Source: Lama guanicoe (taxonomy: Eukaryota). Taken from it: a stretch of 64,000 nt of DNA. Made by a program: the position numbers and the translations under genes. Of the stretch, positions 24,989 to 37,500 are shown piece by piece. Position 1 is the stretch's first letter; every line of letters begins with the position of its first letter. The DNA is taken from positions 496,001 to 560,000 of the forward strand of contig MU054212.1 in NCBI GenBank assembly GCA_013239625.1. The letters run 5' to 3'. A model generated the notes under the pieces. The model had not been told where the DNA came from and did no database searches. It worked only from the letters and a program-made list of their open reading frames with translations.

Positions 24989-27094
24989 GAATCTGGTACT
25001 CAGAGCCGAAGCACCGTCCTCCTGCAGTGGTTTCGGAGTTAGGGGTTGCGGCAGCCCATTGAAAAGCGGCACCAAAACCTCCCATTGCAAGGAGGTGATC
25101 ACGAACTTCCAGAACCCTGGCCCGAACGCGGAGACGCGCTCTCCCCGCGCCAGGCAAGACTAGGCGGGGCGCAGTCGAGCAGTGGGTCCAGCCGGCGGCT
25201 GAGCGGCGCGTGTGAGCCTGAACTTGTCGCAGATACGCCGTGAATCCCTTCTGAGACGTTCTGCCTGCGCTCAAAGTATTCCTGTGTCCCAGGAAAAAGG
25301 CGTTTTCCTTTGCTCTCCTAAGAAAAGTCCTTATATTCCTTTGAACCAGGCCTTGGGGGTGGGGGACAGGGAGGAAATAGGGCTTGAGGATTTTTTCTTC
25401 CATTCCAAGGTGAATTTGCTGAATAAGTGAAAAGGTTGTTGTGTTTGCTCACTTAAGTCACCTGCAGGTATCAGGCATCTTAGCAAAAACATGAAATTTT
25501 GGACATTTGCTTATTGTTCAGGAAATAGCTAGAGCTTGTCACCGTGTGTTCCAGGGACTTTGGGGACTTAGGTCAGCGTCAGGCAGCAGGACTGAAGGCT
25601 GGAAAAGAACAGGGGTGGGAAGCAGGGAAGCTCCCTGGGAGGGAGCATCCTCCCTTGCTAGGAAGGCCTCCTGTGAAGTTAGTTACAGTCTAGGCTCCTC
25701 ATGGCTCAGTTATTTTTTAACCTCCTGGGGCCTCAGTTTCCCCTTGTGGGACAGGACCTTGTCAGCACGTTGCAGGCCTCAAGATGAGATGGCAGAACCT
25801 TTTCAGTTACACCCTCTTTCCTGTAGTGCTCTTCTGAACTTGGGCTTCTTCTGGCCTAAGTAAGAAGGTGGCCTGTTGGAAAACTTCACTTCCTCCCCCA
25901 ATGGACAGACGGGGAAGAACAAGCTGGGCTCCTCCAGAATTTTGCTCTAAGTCTCTTTCTTCCCAAGTGGTGAAATCATGGCCCTGCTCAGTATGTGGCA
26001 TCCCAGTGTGAGTACACATGGGCTGCAGGCAGGGGTGTGGAGCCTCAGACAGCCTTGTGACTGCACAGATGATTAGCAACACTGGGCACAGGTGACAGAC
26101 TGCGCCTGGCATTTCTTGTCAGAGCACGCATCTCTCCATTAGTGGGCCAGTGCACAGGAGGGGAGGGGAATCCCTTCCTTTCTGGGCGAGTGGTGTGGAC
26201 TCAGCAGTTTCAGGACAGCTTGACATCACACACTGGCTCATAATCACTCTATAGTTTGAGCGTAAGCCCAGCTTGTCCAGAGGGTCAGGACAGGAGTTGT
26301 AATAAACATATGTTATTCTAAGCCAGTGTGCAAGACTGGCCTGTGCCAGGTAGTAGACAGATGTGTTCCTGTGCTCAAAGCAGCTGGAGAGCAAATTACT
26401 TTACACTTTATCTCCAAATTTTGTTTCCAGGGACATGAAAGATCTTGTGTGTTAGTGTTTCTTACCTAAGGAATAGCCAGATTTAATCTCTGATCCTATA
26501 AATATGAACCCCTTGAAGGCTTCATTGATCCCGCCCCAACACACACATTAAGATGAGTTAGTCAATATAAGATGCTTCCTTACCTGACAGCCACATTCAT
26601 CTTACTACTTCCGAATTATCCGTATCTGGCAACTTGACGGGCATTTTTTTCAAGTACAGCTGTCAACAGAAACAGCATCAAATGTAATGTACAGAGAGGA
26701 AGTAAATGGGTAAAACAGGGATTTAAGAAAGGCCCTGAAGAGCTAGTTTGGCCACAAGCTGTCAAAGTAGCCATGAAGTTGAAATCTCCTGGGGCACTTT
26801 GTTTCTGACACCACCTAGCTTTCAAAAATTTTGTCTGAAGTGTGTTGGTTTTATGATTGCTAGAGAGTCTTTTCACCTGCCTAGATGAATTGTAATAGAG
26901 TACAAACTCATTTGAATAAGGCCCAGGGCCAACTTAAGAGTGTCACTTGCTTTTCTGGTGTGCCTCCCTTTAAGAAATTCTACTACCCTGGGTGGTTCCA
27001 TATCCTATTTCATAGACGTTCTCCTGGGGTGTTGTTTTTAAAACAAATTATGCTTCCCTTGGACTTGTTCCTTGCAATTTAAGGAATTCTATAT

Positions 27095-27235
27095 AACCTT
27101 ACTGCTCAAAAGTGTGAGTTCTTGGACCTTCAGAGCTCTTACAGAGGCAAACCCTTAGTGCAAATCTGCATTTTAGCAAGATCCCCAGATGATCCAATGA
27201 TTCATATACAAGTGAGAGTTTGGAAGGCACTGCTG
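27095..27235. mobile_element. MER5A-like hAT fragment
   Basis: CTCAAAAGTGTG...AATCTGCATTTTAGCAAGATCCCCAGATGAT...AGTTTGGAAGGCACTG. Confidence 0.6.
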
Positions 27236-30200
27236 TAGTTAATCTGAAATCTGCCCCCTCCTTTTTTTGTGTGTGGATTTGGGATTTCATATTTTGGGTT
27301 GTTATGGGTATATAAAAATCAGAATCCCCTGATCCGAAATCTTGAAACCCTTTTTTTGTTGTTGTTACTTCTGTCTGGCCACTTGTAAAACTAATCACAA
27401 TTATTACTTGGATTTCCGACCCTTGAAATATGACAGAGGAAGATTTCAGTGCCCAGGCCCTGGCACAGATGTGTCGATGGATTGCCGACACGATTTCTAC
27501 ACTCTAGGATGGATATGTGATATTTATCACAGTGAATACTCATAGCCACCTTATGTGTAGTAGATTCTTTCACAGACCCAGTGTTGGCCAGGATAGGACC
27601 CTGGCTCTTTGAGATCCAAGCCTGACGTCTTTCCCTCTGCCACTGGACGGTATCACTGTGCCTTGTATGCAGTAGGCCCAAGGAGGATTTTGGAGCTGTT
27701 GGCTGTAAATGCTTGTCTGGGACGCTGCAGGCCAGTCAGACTGGTGTGATTGTCTCCTTTCCTAGTCATCCGACCCGCATTTAGTCTCTTTGCTTGGGGC
27801 CCCCAGCTTTGCTGCCACTTACCAGTCTCTACTGAAGTATATAGAGAACCCAGGACCAGGGGCCTCACAGCTGGGGCTCTAGGCCTGCCTGGGAGGCCAG
27901 TGTGCTGAGGTTTGCCCTACTGCTAGGTGTCCGAGGTGGGAAGCCACAGAGCTGCCTTCTAGCTCGGCACCCTGTTGTGTTCTCTGCTTGGGTGGTGAGC
28001 ACTGCACGGGGAAAGTGTTAATAGGTAAAAGGGAGTGTAAATTTATACAGTATGTTTTAAGGCTTTCTTTTGCTTTAAAAATTTCGTCTCAGGCAGCAGC
28101 TGGCAGCAGTCCTGAGTGACTCCACTTCCTAGCGCTTCTCAATTGCAGCGGCCGCCCTGAAGCTGAGTGGAGCCCAGGTGAACAGATGTGCACCGCTGGC
28201 CTGTTGGGAAGGGTGCACGGGGACCTGGGGGTTAATTTAAAACAGCGTGAGGGTTTTGCTTCTTAGAACAGCTACGTTAGCCTTGTGCCTTGTGGAGACT
28301 TTAGTCTTAAATGGAAAGAGGGCATGTGGTACAGAAGAGCTCCAGGTCCTGGATTCGAATCCTGGTGGCCTTGCACAACCATGAGCTCGTAAATCAGCCT
28401 TTCTGGGTCTGTTTCCTCTGGAGAGACTTGGCCTGGGTCTTGGGCCCTTTCAAGTGCAAACTGCGCCTGCATTTACTATTGAGGGCTGACTGTGTGTGGG
28501 CATGTGATGAACGCCTTATGTCATATGTATGTATATGTGTTTAGAGTCACCTGGGGATCTCCAGAAAAGGCAGATTCTGGTCTGCAGGTTGGGGGGCTCG
28601 GTTCTGCATTTCTAAACAACTCCCTGGGAGGCAAATGGGCCTCACTTTGAGGCAGGAGGCTTCACTGGGGCTAGGATTGTTGTACTTTTAGGCTGAGGAC
28701 ACCAGGGCTCAGAGAGGTTAAGTAATCTCCTCAAGGTCAGTCATCCACTGGGGCAGAGCTCAGGCTCATACTCGACTGCTTTGGAGCGTCTAACCAGCCC
28801 TCCCTCTGCAGTGTCCCTCCTGGGGTGGGGCCTGGACCGGTGCTGAGTCTCTTGTCTCTCATTTACTGAAAAGAAAAACATAAGCCAAATAGGGGATCTC
28901 CAACCAGAGTAAGGGAGGGGGACAGACTTTCTCCCAACTTTGTCACCTTCCTGCTTAGTGACTTCAGGCAAGTCACCACACTGTTCCAACTGTATGCCAC
29001 TTGACCCTTCTGGATTTTAGACGTCTGGAAGAAACTTTGATCTCCTCCGCAGTAAGCAAACCCAAGTTATTGTTGAGCCATCTTTCCGGCAACATGCACT
29101 ATGGAAGCCAAAGCCGCAGTCCCAGGCCGGCTGGGCCCTGGACAGGATGCTCACTCAGGACTCCTGCCAGAGCCTGGGGCAAGTGGCCCGAGCTTCACCC
29201 TCTGTTCTCCTTACAGTCACAGAGTTGTCCTGTCGTGGGGGAACTCAGAAGGGAAATGCTCTGCACCGTGTCCCCATGGCTGACCCAGGGAACCCTGCCT
29301 GCCTGGACTTTTTCCCCTGGAAGGAGCATTGTTAGGTAGGGAGAGGGCCAAGGGCAAGTGGCCTTTGAACACACTGGGAAGGAGCAGTAGGTGAGGCCGA
29401 GTGAGGTGACGCAATGTAGATAGGGATGCCAAATTAGGGCCCTGCCGCCCTGGGCTCTGGGCCTGCCCCTGCCCAGCCGGGAACGCTGCGCAGGTCGCTC
29501 CCCCGCCCAACATCCCCCCTGCCCCAGTTTCCTTGTAGGATGAAAGCACTGGGACTGATGACTACTGTGTTCTTCCAGGATGAGTGCCCCAAGCGTCCTC
29601 GCCCTGTGACCTGCGGGGGCCAGGCAGTTAGCCTGGGGACCAGTGGATGACTTAACCTGCATCTCAAATGCAGAGGCGGCCTGAGTTTGCCCCGTGTGGC
29701 TCCATTTGGCAGGATGTGCACTCCTGAGTGACGGAGGGGGTTTCCCTGGGAGTGAGAGAGAACTTTTCTATAAAAGACATACTCAGTTGTGCCCCCTCTA
29801 GCCGTGGAGGTGTCACGCTGGACTGACTGCTCTAGGAGGCCATCCAACCTGGAAGCCACTGCCAAGAGGCCATCTGTCCCCAGCATCACCGTCCCTGTTG
29901 CAGAAGTGATCTGTAGTCCCCTCCTGTTGTTAAAGGGCTTCAGGTTTACAAAGTACATTGATTTCAGCCCCTAACAGCACCGAGGGACAGGAATCCAAGG
30001 TTACACAGTGGGTAGAGAGTAACTTTAGGAGATCTGTTGTCTGTCAGGTATGTCACAGAGGAAATTCTAAGTTGGGGTCCTAATGCTTTGTATTATTCAA
30101 CAAACACTGAACATAATGAGTATCAATTATGAGATGCCACTACCAGTTACGGGAGGTGCAGATGTAAACAGGCCCGTTTTTCTGGTGATGAGCTTGGTTA

Positions 30201-31007
30201 GAGGTGATCCTGTTGTCTGAGCCCCCACTGGGACAGGGACACTTCACGCCCCCAACTGTGGGACCTGGCTCTGTGCTTTGATGCAGTTTTGTTGTTTAAC
30301 TACCACATCCCAGGTGTTAATTCTAAGCACCTTTCAGGGATCAAGTGAGTTCACATTTATAACATCCCTTAGACAGCACCCCTGCGTCACCCCCATTCTG
30401 AAGCACAGAGAGGTTAAGTTACTGGCCCAGGTCCCTCAGCCTGTCCGTGGGAGCTGGGTTCACACCCAGGCAGGCTGGCCCCAGAGTCTGTGCACTTACC
30501 CACTGCTCTCTGTCTGCTCCACCGTGGTTTGAGTCAGGCTCATAAATGCTTGTTCGACTGGCTTCAGCTGAACTGGGCAAAAGGTGGCCTAAGTGACCTT
30601 TAAGGGCATTGCTAACCCTGTGGTTTCCTTATTTAGGTGTCTGCCTCTCTGTCCCTCAGGGAGGACCTCTGTGCATGAGGGCCCAGAGGACAGTCCAGGG
30701 TGGACAGGATTCTGTGACGACAGTGATGCAGTCCTGCCCGGTGCCGGCCTGCTCCCCGTCTTCTCGGCCACACCTAGACTCCTGTCACCTTTGTTCCATC
30801 TGAGCTTTCCGTGCCATCCGCTGTTCACAGGGAGGTGGGAGAGGAGCAGTAGCCTGGCAACCCCAGGAATTGGGCTGTGGCTTGGCTCTGCCTTCACTTT
30901 GGGATGGGGTTCTTATCTGTGAAATGGGAATTATCATACCTCCTTTCTGGGCATGCTTCCTTTCTTTGGACCCTCTGTATCTTCTCAGCATCACCCCTTC
31001 CCCCTAG

Positions 31008-31195
31008 CCCAGGGGTCGGCAGACCGGGGCCCGTGGCTGTTTATCATAAGATTTTCTGGGAAGCAGCCCCTGTCTGTGTTGTCTGTGGTGGCGCTCGTGC
31101 TGCAAGGACAGAGCGGAGCCGTCATAGCAGGGACCACGTGGCTGGCAGAGAACTATTCTCTGACTCCTTACAGAAACGTGTGCGACCCCTGCCCA
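31008..31195. mobile_element. MER58A-like hAT-Charlie element
   Basis: Terminal inverted repeats CAGGGGTCGGCA ... TGCGACCCCTG, with MER58-like internal sequence. Confidence 0.65.
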
Positions 31196-32049
31196 GCCCC
31201 ATGCTCTGTCCCCGAGGTGTGTGCTGGTTCCCTGGTCCCTCCCTGTCCTTGTCTCCTGGGGGGCTCCTGGTTTCTGTTTGGACCCTTCTCCCCAGATGAC
31301 AGAGGGACCTTTCTGAAATGCACATCCAATTGGGGCAGTTTTGAATTCCTCGTGTTTCACGTGTGGCCGCCGTCTCACAATCACGAGCCTCCCTGCATCC
31401 CTGTCATCTCCATGCTCTGCTGCTTTTGCAAAGGGCACCTGGGCTCTGGCACCCACAGGTTTCCCCATGGGAAGGGTCCCCTCCAGACACTCCTTCCTTC
31501 CCTTCAGACCCATCACCCTGCAGAGCCCTGGCTGTGGTGCTGAGCACGCCCTCCTAGGGGTGACTTTCTTCTTCCCTGTGGGTCTGTGCGCCTGCCCCTG
31601 GCCCCTTGCTGGTTGGGGGACTTGCTAGTGATGGGCTGGGGGCTACCCCCACCCCCAGTTTTCTAGATCTTTTATTTTATTTGGTAATGCACCAACCTAC
31701 CAACTCCTTCCTCAGTCCTGCAGTGGTGAACCTCCCTCCTTGAATGTTTCTCCCCTGTCGTCCACCCACCCCACCCCACTCACATCTGCTTCTCCCCACT
31801 CCCCAAAGGAGGGGAGGTAACACCTATGGAGGTCTGAGCCCTCCCACATGCTGTGGGCTTCACATGCATTATTTTGTTTTGTGTGGCAATCCTAAAACGC
31901 AGGGATTATACCCATTTTAGAGCTGTGGACACTGAGGCTTAGAGGGTTTAAGGAAACTTGCATAAGACCTCCTAACTGGAATTTAGAGCTAGAATTTGAG
32001 CCCTGGTTTCTCTGGCTTCTAAGCTGGGTTTCTCCTTAGCTCTGATGAC

Positions 32050-32190
32050 GGCCAAGGAATCTGTGAGCTGGTAACCTGCAATCAGTCATGGTGGGAGTAT
32101 TTACACCACAGGAATCAGCCAGTGTTACAAGCCAGGGTTTTGCTTTTTTCCTTCCGGAGAGCTGGTTTGTCAGCACGTGTACCAAGGGCC
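32050..32190. mobile_element. MER63-like fragment
   Basis: CATGGTGGGAGTATTTACACCACAGGAATCAGC...GGAGAGCTGGTT. Confidence 0.5.
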
Positions 32191-33019
32191 TCACCACACA
32201 GCTCTTTGTTCCATTCTCCCCTTGAGGTCCGTGTTGAAAACCAGATGTTTTTATCAGAATCTGTTACTTCACATAATCCTGTGAATTTCCCACAGGGTCA
32301 CCACCACCCATTTTCCACCTCAAAAAAATACCTCATCGCCCCACTGCCCTCAAGTTTTGGCCTATGTACAATTTAAAAACCAAACTTTTCACAGATACCA
32401 TGGGCTCCAAATACAGACCGCTTAGTGTTACATGTAGGAATCATAAAATCGTTAGCTGTTACTCTCCTTTACAAACTGTGATGTATTTTTATTTTTGTTT
32501 GGTTTTTAAAATCCTCCAAGGACATACAATCAATCAGGGTTTCCTGGTTTTTTTTTTTTCTTCTCTTTTTGTTTGTGTTAGCATCTTGGATAACTGCACA
32601 TTAGTTTATGTTTAACAGGGTTATCTTTAATGTGGTTTGGGGTTTATTGCTGCACATTTGGTCACAAAGACAAAAAGCTTGTAAAACAGCATGCAAATAC
32701 TAGAAGTTTAGGGCTTAGAATATTGTAATAACGTGTGTGTGCGTGAACGGGCCCAGTCTTATCCCTGATTTAAAGGCCCAGGATGTACTTAAATCTAAGT
32801 TTAATTCTATGACAAATAGATGGTGAACCATTCAAGAAGAGACTTAATATTCGAGCATGCCAAAGATTTCTGTGTGCCTAGCCCACTGATTTTTATGTTA
32901 CAGCAGTTTATTCACTGATCCGATGACATATAAAGCAAAATATGTACTTTGATCACCTTAGGTTGGGGATTGGAGGGCAGGCAAAGTCTGTAGCTTTTTG
33001 CTGAAGATCTAAAATTGGC

Positions 33020-33165
33020 ATATTGAGGGTGGGAGGATGGGCAAACTAGGTGAAGGGAATTAAGAGGTGCAAACTTCTATGTTTTTAAACATTGAACCAG
33101 TTTGTTGTGCACATGAAATTAATATAATACTGTGGTCATATTTCAATTAAAAATAGTAAAAAAAA
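33020..33165 (+). mobile_element. Short L1 3' end fragment
   Basis: GGTGAAGGGAATTAAGAGGTGCAAACTTC...GTTGTGCACATGAAATTAATATAAT with an A-rich tail. Confidence 0.55.
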
Positions 33166-34729
33166 ATGGGCACATTAGGGGATAAATTGTTGATCTGATG
33201 TTGAAAGGTAGTTCTTGACGAAGTTTTACATTTCACTGAGTTGAATAAAGTTTGCTCTTGGAGAAGGAGTAGTGAGGAAGGAAGATGAAATTACAAATTC
33301 CAAGGTGACTGGGTGAGGAATTGAGGGGTCAGTTTGTCCATCACAAGACGAACATCTGATAATTAAGTTCTACTTACTTGTTTGGGACTTTACAGTGTTT
33401 TCATATCTATTAAGTCATTTTCAAGAGGCAATGTGGTAGCTGATTTGTAGACGAGAAAATGGAGACCGTGAAGAATTAAGTGAGTGTCCACGGTCATGAC
33501 CTCAATACGTGGCAGAGCTGGAATCTTGAAACCTGTGCTTTCTGATGCCAGGCCGAGAGTTTTTAAACAAACCCAAAACTCTAATGTAGTTCTATCACTT
33601 AAGAAAGACAAAGAATTAAGTGCTGTGGAAGTTTATTCTCCCTCCTGCCCCAAATCTTCCACTTGTATATTTAGTTAACCTCAAGAGAACAAAAATGCTA
33701 GGACCTCATCCATTTCAGACCTATGGACCAGAGTCAATCAAGGTCAGAGTGTTAAAGTACAAAGAAATATTGTGTTATATTTTTGGACAGCCAGCCCCTT
33801 CTCATCAAGCAAGGATGCTGATTTTCATGTGATAACCTCCTGAGACAGGCCAACAGAGAACCCTGGTTTGGAGCCTGAGGAGTGGAAAATTTTCCCAGTA
33901 ACAGCAGCTCTCTCCAAATAATCGTTTGGTGTCATTTCCTCCTTTCTCGCACCCCTGCAGCTTGGCCTCCTTCTCAGCAAACTGAACAAACAGTTTCAAG
34001 AGTGGAGAGACCACCCTTGGAGTCAGACAGCTCTTCCACGTAGGGGCACCGTTTGGGGAAGTCAGTTAACTCCTCCGAGCCTCAGCATCCCCACCTGTAG
34101 GATGGGGACAGTCACGCCTGCCCATTTGGGGGTGTCGTGAGCATGAAATTGAGAAGCACCCAGCAGAGGCTTGGTCCTTGGTAGTTGATCGGTAAAATTT
34201 TTTTAAACAGCTGTTACTTCTGTTCACAGTTGCCCTACACTGTCAGTCAAGATTCAGTTGAGGAACTTGACAGGGTCTGCTAAGACCATTGAGACTGGAG
34301 CTTTTTGCTTCCAGACGATTTGCTGCATCATTTCAATTTCATAAATAATAGTAAAATAAAATCAGGAGCTAAGGGAAACAACACCCCCTCCGTTAGTGCT
34401 GCATTTTGTCCCTGTTTACACTGGAAAGTAACGGTCTCAGGGACAGGGAATCAAGCAGGGGTGAATTCACATGTTCAGCCTCGTACCCTGAGAGCAGCAC
34501 AGCGGTGAGGTTAAGAGCAACAGCTGGTCTGGCCCACATGCAGGCGCGAAAGATGCCACCCAAGCCTGTCAGGGCCCACGGGAGGGGAGAGCTATGTGCA
34601 GAGACAATTCTGGAAGAGGCATCTCTGCTCCCTCCCTTTGCAGAAGCTGTGGCCCTCATCCTGTGGTCTGCCCGTGCACCGCCTGTGCTCTCTGAAGTCC
34701 TTTGGGTCACCCATCTCTGCAGCTCTTAT

Positions 34730-35610
34730 GTGTACTGGGTTGAAGAATGTCCTCCAAAACTCATGCCCACCTGGAACCTCAGAATATGACCTTATTTGGA
34801 AACACAGGCACACCTTGGAGATACTACAGGTTTGGTTCCAGACCATCACAGTAACAGGAGTCACATGAATGTTTTGGTTTCCCAGTGCATATAAAAGTTA
34901 TGTTTGCACTAAACTGTGGTCTTTTAAGTATGGAATAGCATTATGTCTAAAAAAGTCCCAAAATACATGCTTTAATTAAAAAATACTTTATTGCTAAAAA
35001 ATGCTAACCATCACCTGAGCCTTTAGCAAAGGGTAGCCTTTTTGCTGGTAGAGGTTTTCAAATATTGAGAGAACTACCTGAATGTGACTCAGAGACACAG
35101 ACTGAGCAAATGCAGTTAGAAAAATGATACTGGTAGACTTGCTCAATACAGGGTTGCCACCAATCTTCAATTGGTAAAAGAAAAAAAAAGCAATATTTAC
35201 AAAGTATAAGAAAATGAAGTGCAATAAAAGGAAGCGTGCCTGTAGGGTCCTTGCCGACGTAGTTAGTTAAGATGAAGTCATTCTGGAGCAGGGTAGGCGC
35301 TAAAGCCCATGGCTGGTGTGTTCACAAGGAGGCCGCGTGAACACAGCGGCCGCGAGGAGCACCATGTGGAGGCAGAAATCGAGGTTGGGGTGATGTGTCT
35401 ACCAGCCAAGCAATGCCAAGGGCTGCTGGCAGCCACCAGCAGCAGGAAGAAGCAAGGAAGGACTCTCCCTTACAGCTTCCAGAAGGTACCAACCCTGCCA
35501 ACACCTCGATTATGCACTTGCAGCCTCCCAAACTGCAGGAGAATGAATTTCTTTTCTTTGAGGCCCCCTGGTTTGTGATGAGCTGATACAGCAGCCCCGG
35601 GAAACACACG
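34730..35610 (+). mobile_element. MLT1C LTR split by a Tigger2a insertion
   Basis: ...GGAACCTCAGAATATGACCTTATTTGGAAA (to 34802) rejoins TAGGGTCCTTGC... (35243). Ends ACAGCAGCCCCGGGAAAC. Confidence 0.8.
34805..35242. mobile_element. Tigger2a/MER28 DNA transposon, apparently full length (438 bp)
   Basis: Termini CAGGCACACCT ... AGCGTGCCTG, flanked by CA and TA (TA duplication with the left copy mutated). Confidence 0.8.
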
Positions 35611-35821
35611 CATGCTGGCATCTCAGAGTTAGACTTGGATCCAGTTCTCTGCCCAGATGGACCCGCCTTCCTCCCCCCTGGCCTGTGGGAAAGAGCAGAA
35701 GATCCAAGGCAGAGCCTGAAGGTGGGGCGTCTAGGTCGCTGAGGCACCGTGGAATTTGGGGGGGAAACCTAAACCCTTTGCTGAATAATTGTTTTTATTG
35801 ATTCCTTGAAAGAGCTGTAGA

Positions 35822-35988
35822 CCAGTCATTCTCAGGAGGTGGACCCTGGACCGAAGCACCAGCACCGCCCGGGAGCTGGGTAGAAATGCGATTTCCCAGG
35901 CTCCACCCCGACCTCCCGAATCAGAAGCTCCGGGGCTGGGGCCCAGCAGTCTGCCTTTACAGGCCCTCAAGAGTTGGGAACAACTGCT
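35822..35988. mobile_element. MER5A hAT-Charlie element
   Basis: CAGTCATTCTCA...AGAAATGCGATTTCCCAGGCTCCACCCCGACCTCCCGAATCAGAAGCTC...GGGGCCCAGCAGTCTG. Confidence 0.75.
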
Positions 35989-37319
35989 GTAGACAAAGCC
36001 TTGTGTTTGTTGTACCTCCTGGAAGATGTAAACAGCGTCTGGTGTTAACATGAAATATTTTTATTTTGCTTCCAGACATTTCTTCTAGCACAAGTCAATG
36101 GGAGTCACCTCCTGACGCAGGGCTCTGCTGTGAGCCCTGTAATTCAGGTTTGAGGCTCCACACAACCATTTTAGGTCCATCAGTCCTTTTTGTTCCCCAC
36201 AGTGGCCACACTGTTGATCTGGAGAGCATCTCCCAGGCGTGACTCCCATGCGCTCCCTTCTCATTAGCTTTCTCTGCCTCCCTGTGGCTGGTGTATTTCT
36301 GCTCTCATTTCTGTCCTGAAGCATTTTATGTTTACCTTCATTTTGTGGTCTAGAGCAGTGGTGATGGGGATGGAGGAGGGAGTGGATTCCACACAGATTT
36401 AGGGTGCACTGGAGTGGGCTTGGAGATGGACTGGCTGTGGAGGGCAGGAGACACGAGGCATCAAAGGAGACCCCCTGGGCTTCTAGTGTGTGCACTGACT
36501 GGATGTCAGCCATCTCTGTGATAGGGAGTGGGGTGTGGCCACAATCCCATGCTGCGAGTTTAAGAAATACTCGCTGGAAGAAAAATTATACACCTGAAGG
36601 TGACCTTGTTTCTTCTCTTTGTCTTCCCCCCTCCCAATAATCTTGTGCCTTTACTCTGCAGATAGCACAAGGTGATAAATAGGGTCATGAATAACTTTTT
36701 GACTGAGGATGTGTACATTTTCCTTTTCCTCCCGAAGTGGAGAATGATGTTTCTGCTTCGAGAGAGATCATCTCAAGGTTTATGCTCATTTCCACCTCTT
36801 TTGGCCTAAAAATTCAGACCTTTTAAGGTAAATGTTAACTATGTCAATTTCCAAAAAAAAAGGGAAAAAAACCCACGTCAGATTTTATTCATTTAATTTT
36901 GGTTAAAGACATATAATTTCCTTTTATTAAAGAATACCCATGAGTGAGATCATGAGATTTTTTTCCAATTTCTTAGTTCAGCTTGTGCATATTTGCAGCT
37001 AATTACCAGGTGTTAAAGTCTGAGTGATCTGAGTATGGAGAATAAAGCTATGCTCTCCAAGAGAAAAAAGGTGCCTTTGCAAAGCAAAGGTATAATATAA
37101 CAGTCTGCTGCAGTAACTAAACAAGTACCCAGTGCCTAGTGATTTCACACTTGCTCTGTGATTCAGAGCAAGATCGTTGACGCAGTCGTAATATTCCAGC
37201 AGCAGCTGCATCTTTTTCTTGTTTTACCAGGTGGTTTTTCATAATAAGTGCTTACTGCTCCTGAACGTTACGAGCTGTAGAGCTACATGGAAATCACTTC
37301 ACATCCCAGATCTGCCGTT

Positions 37320-37500
37320 TTCCAGGTGTGACCATAGGCAAGTTCTGTAATCTCCATGAGCCCCAGTTCTCAGCTGTAAAGAGCGGGAAATACTAATAAT
37401 CGGATACCTCATAGCATGACAGCCGGGATTAAATCCGGTGATTTCTGTAAAGCACTCTGCACAGTGCTTGGCACATAGTGAGTTCTCGATAAATATCAGT
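37320..37500 (+). mobile_element. MIR SINE (representative; further MIR-like fragments near 2600, 9800, 17250, 21200, 28720, 30400, 31930, 34080, 59420, 63060)
   Basis: GTGTGACCATAGGCAAGTT...CTGTAAA...ACCTCATAG...GTAAAGCACTCTGCACAGTGCTTGGCACATAGT. Confidence 0.7.

Larger units (their letters stand above)
23150..25260. promoter_or_regulatory. CpG island covering the CABLES1 promoter, exon 1 and start of intron 1
   Basis: Very high GC content and dense CpG compared with CpG-depleted flanks. Boundaries estimated by eye. Confidence 0.93.

Noticed and set aside
24184..25062. 292-aa alternative-frame ORF overlapping exon 1 and running into the intron
   Set aside because: Non-ATG start, low-complexity Arg/Gly/Ala composition, and it reads through a microsatellite. 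Typical of CpG islands.
29101..31628. Cluster of 100-196-aa ORFs in intron 1
   Set aside because: They overlap in several frames on both strands, cross MIR/MER58 remnants and show no protein similarity I recognise.
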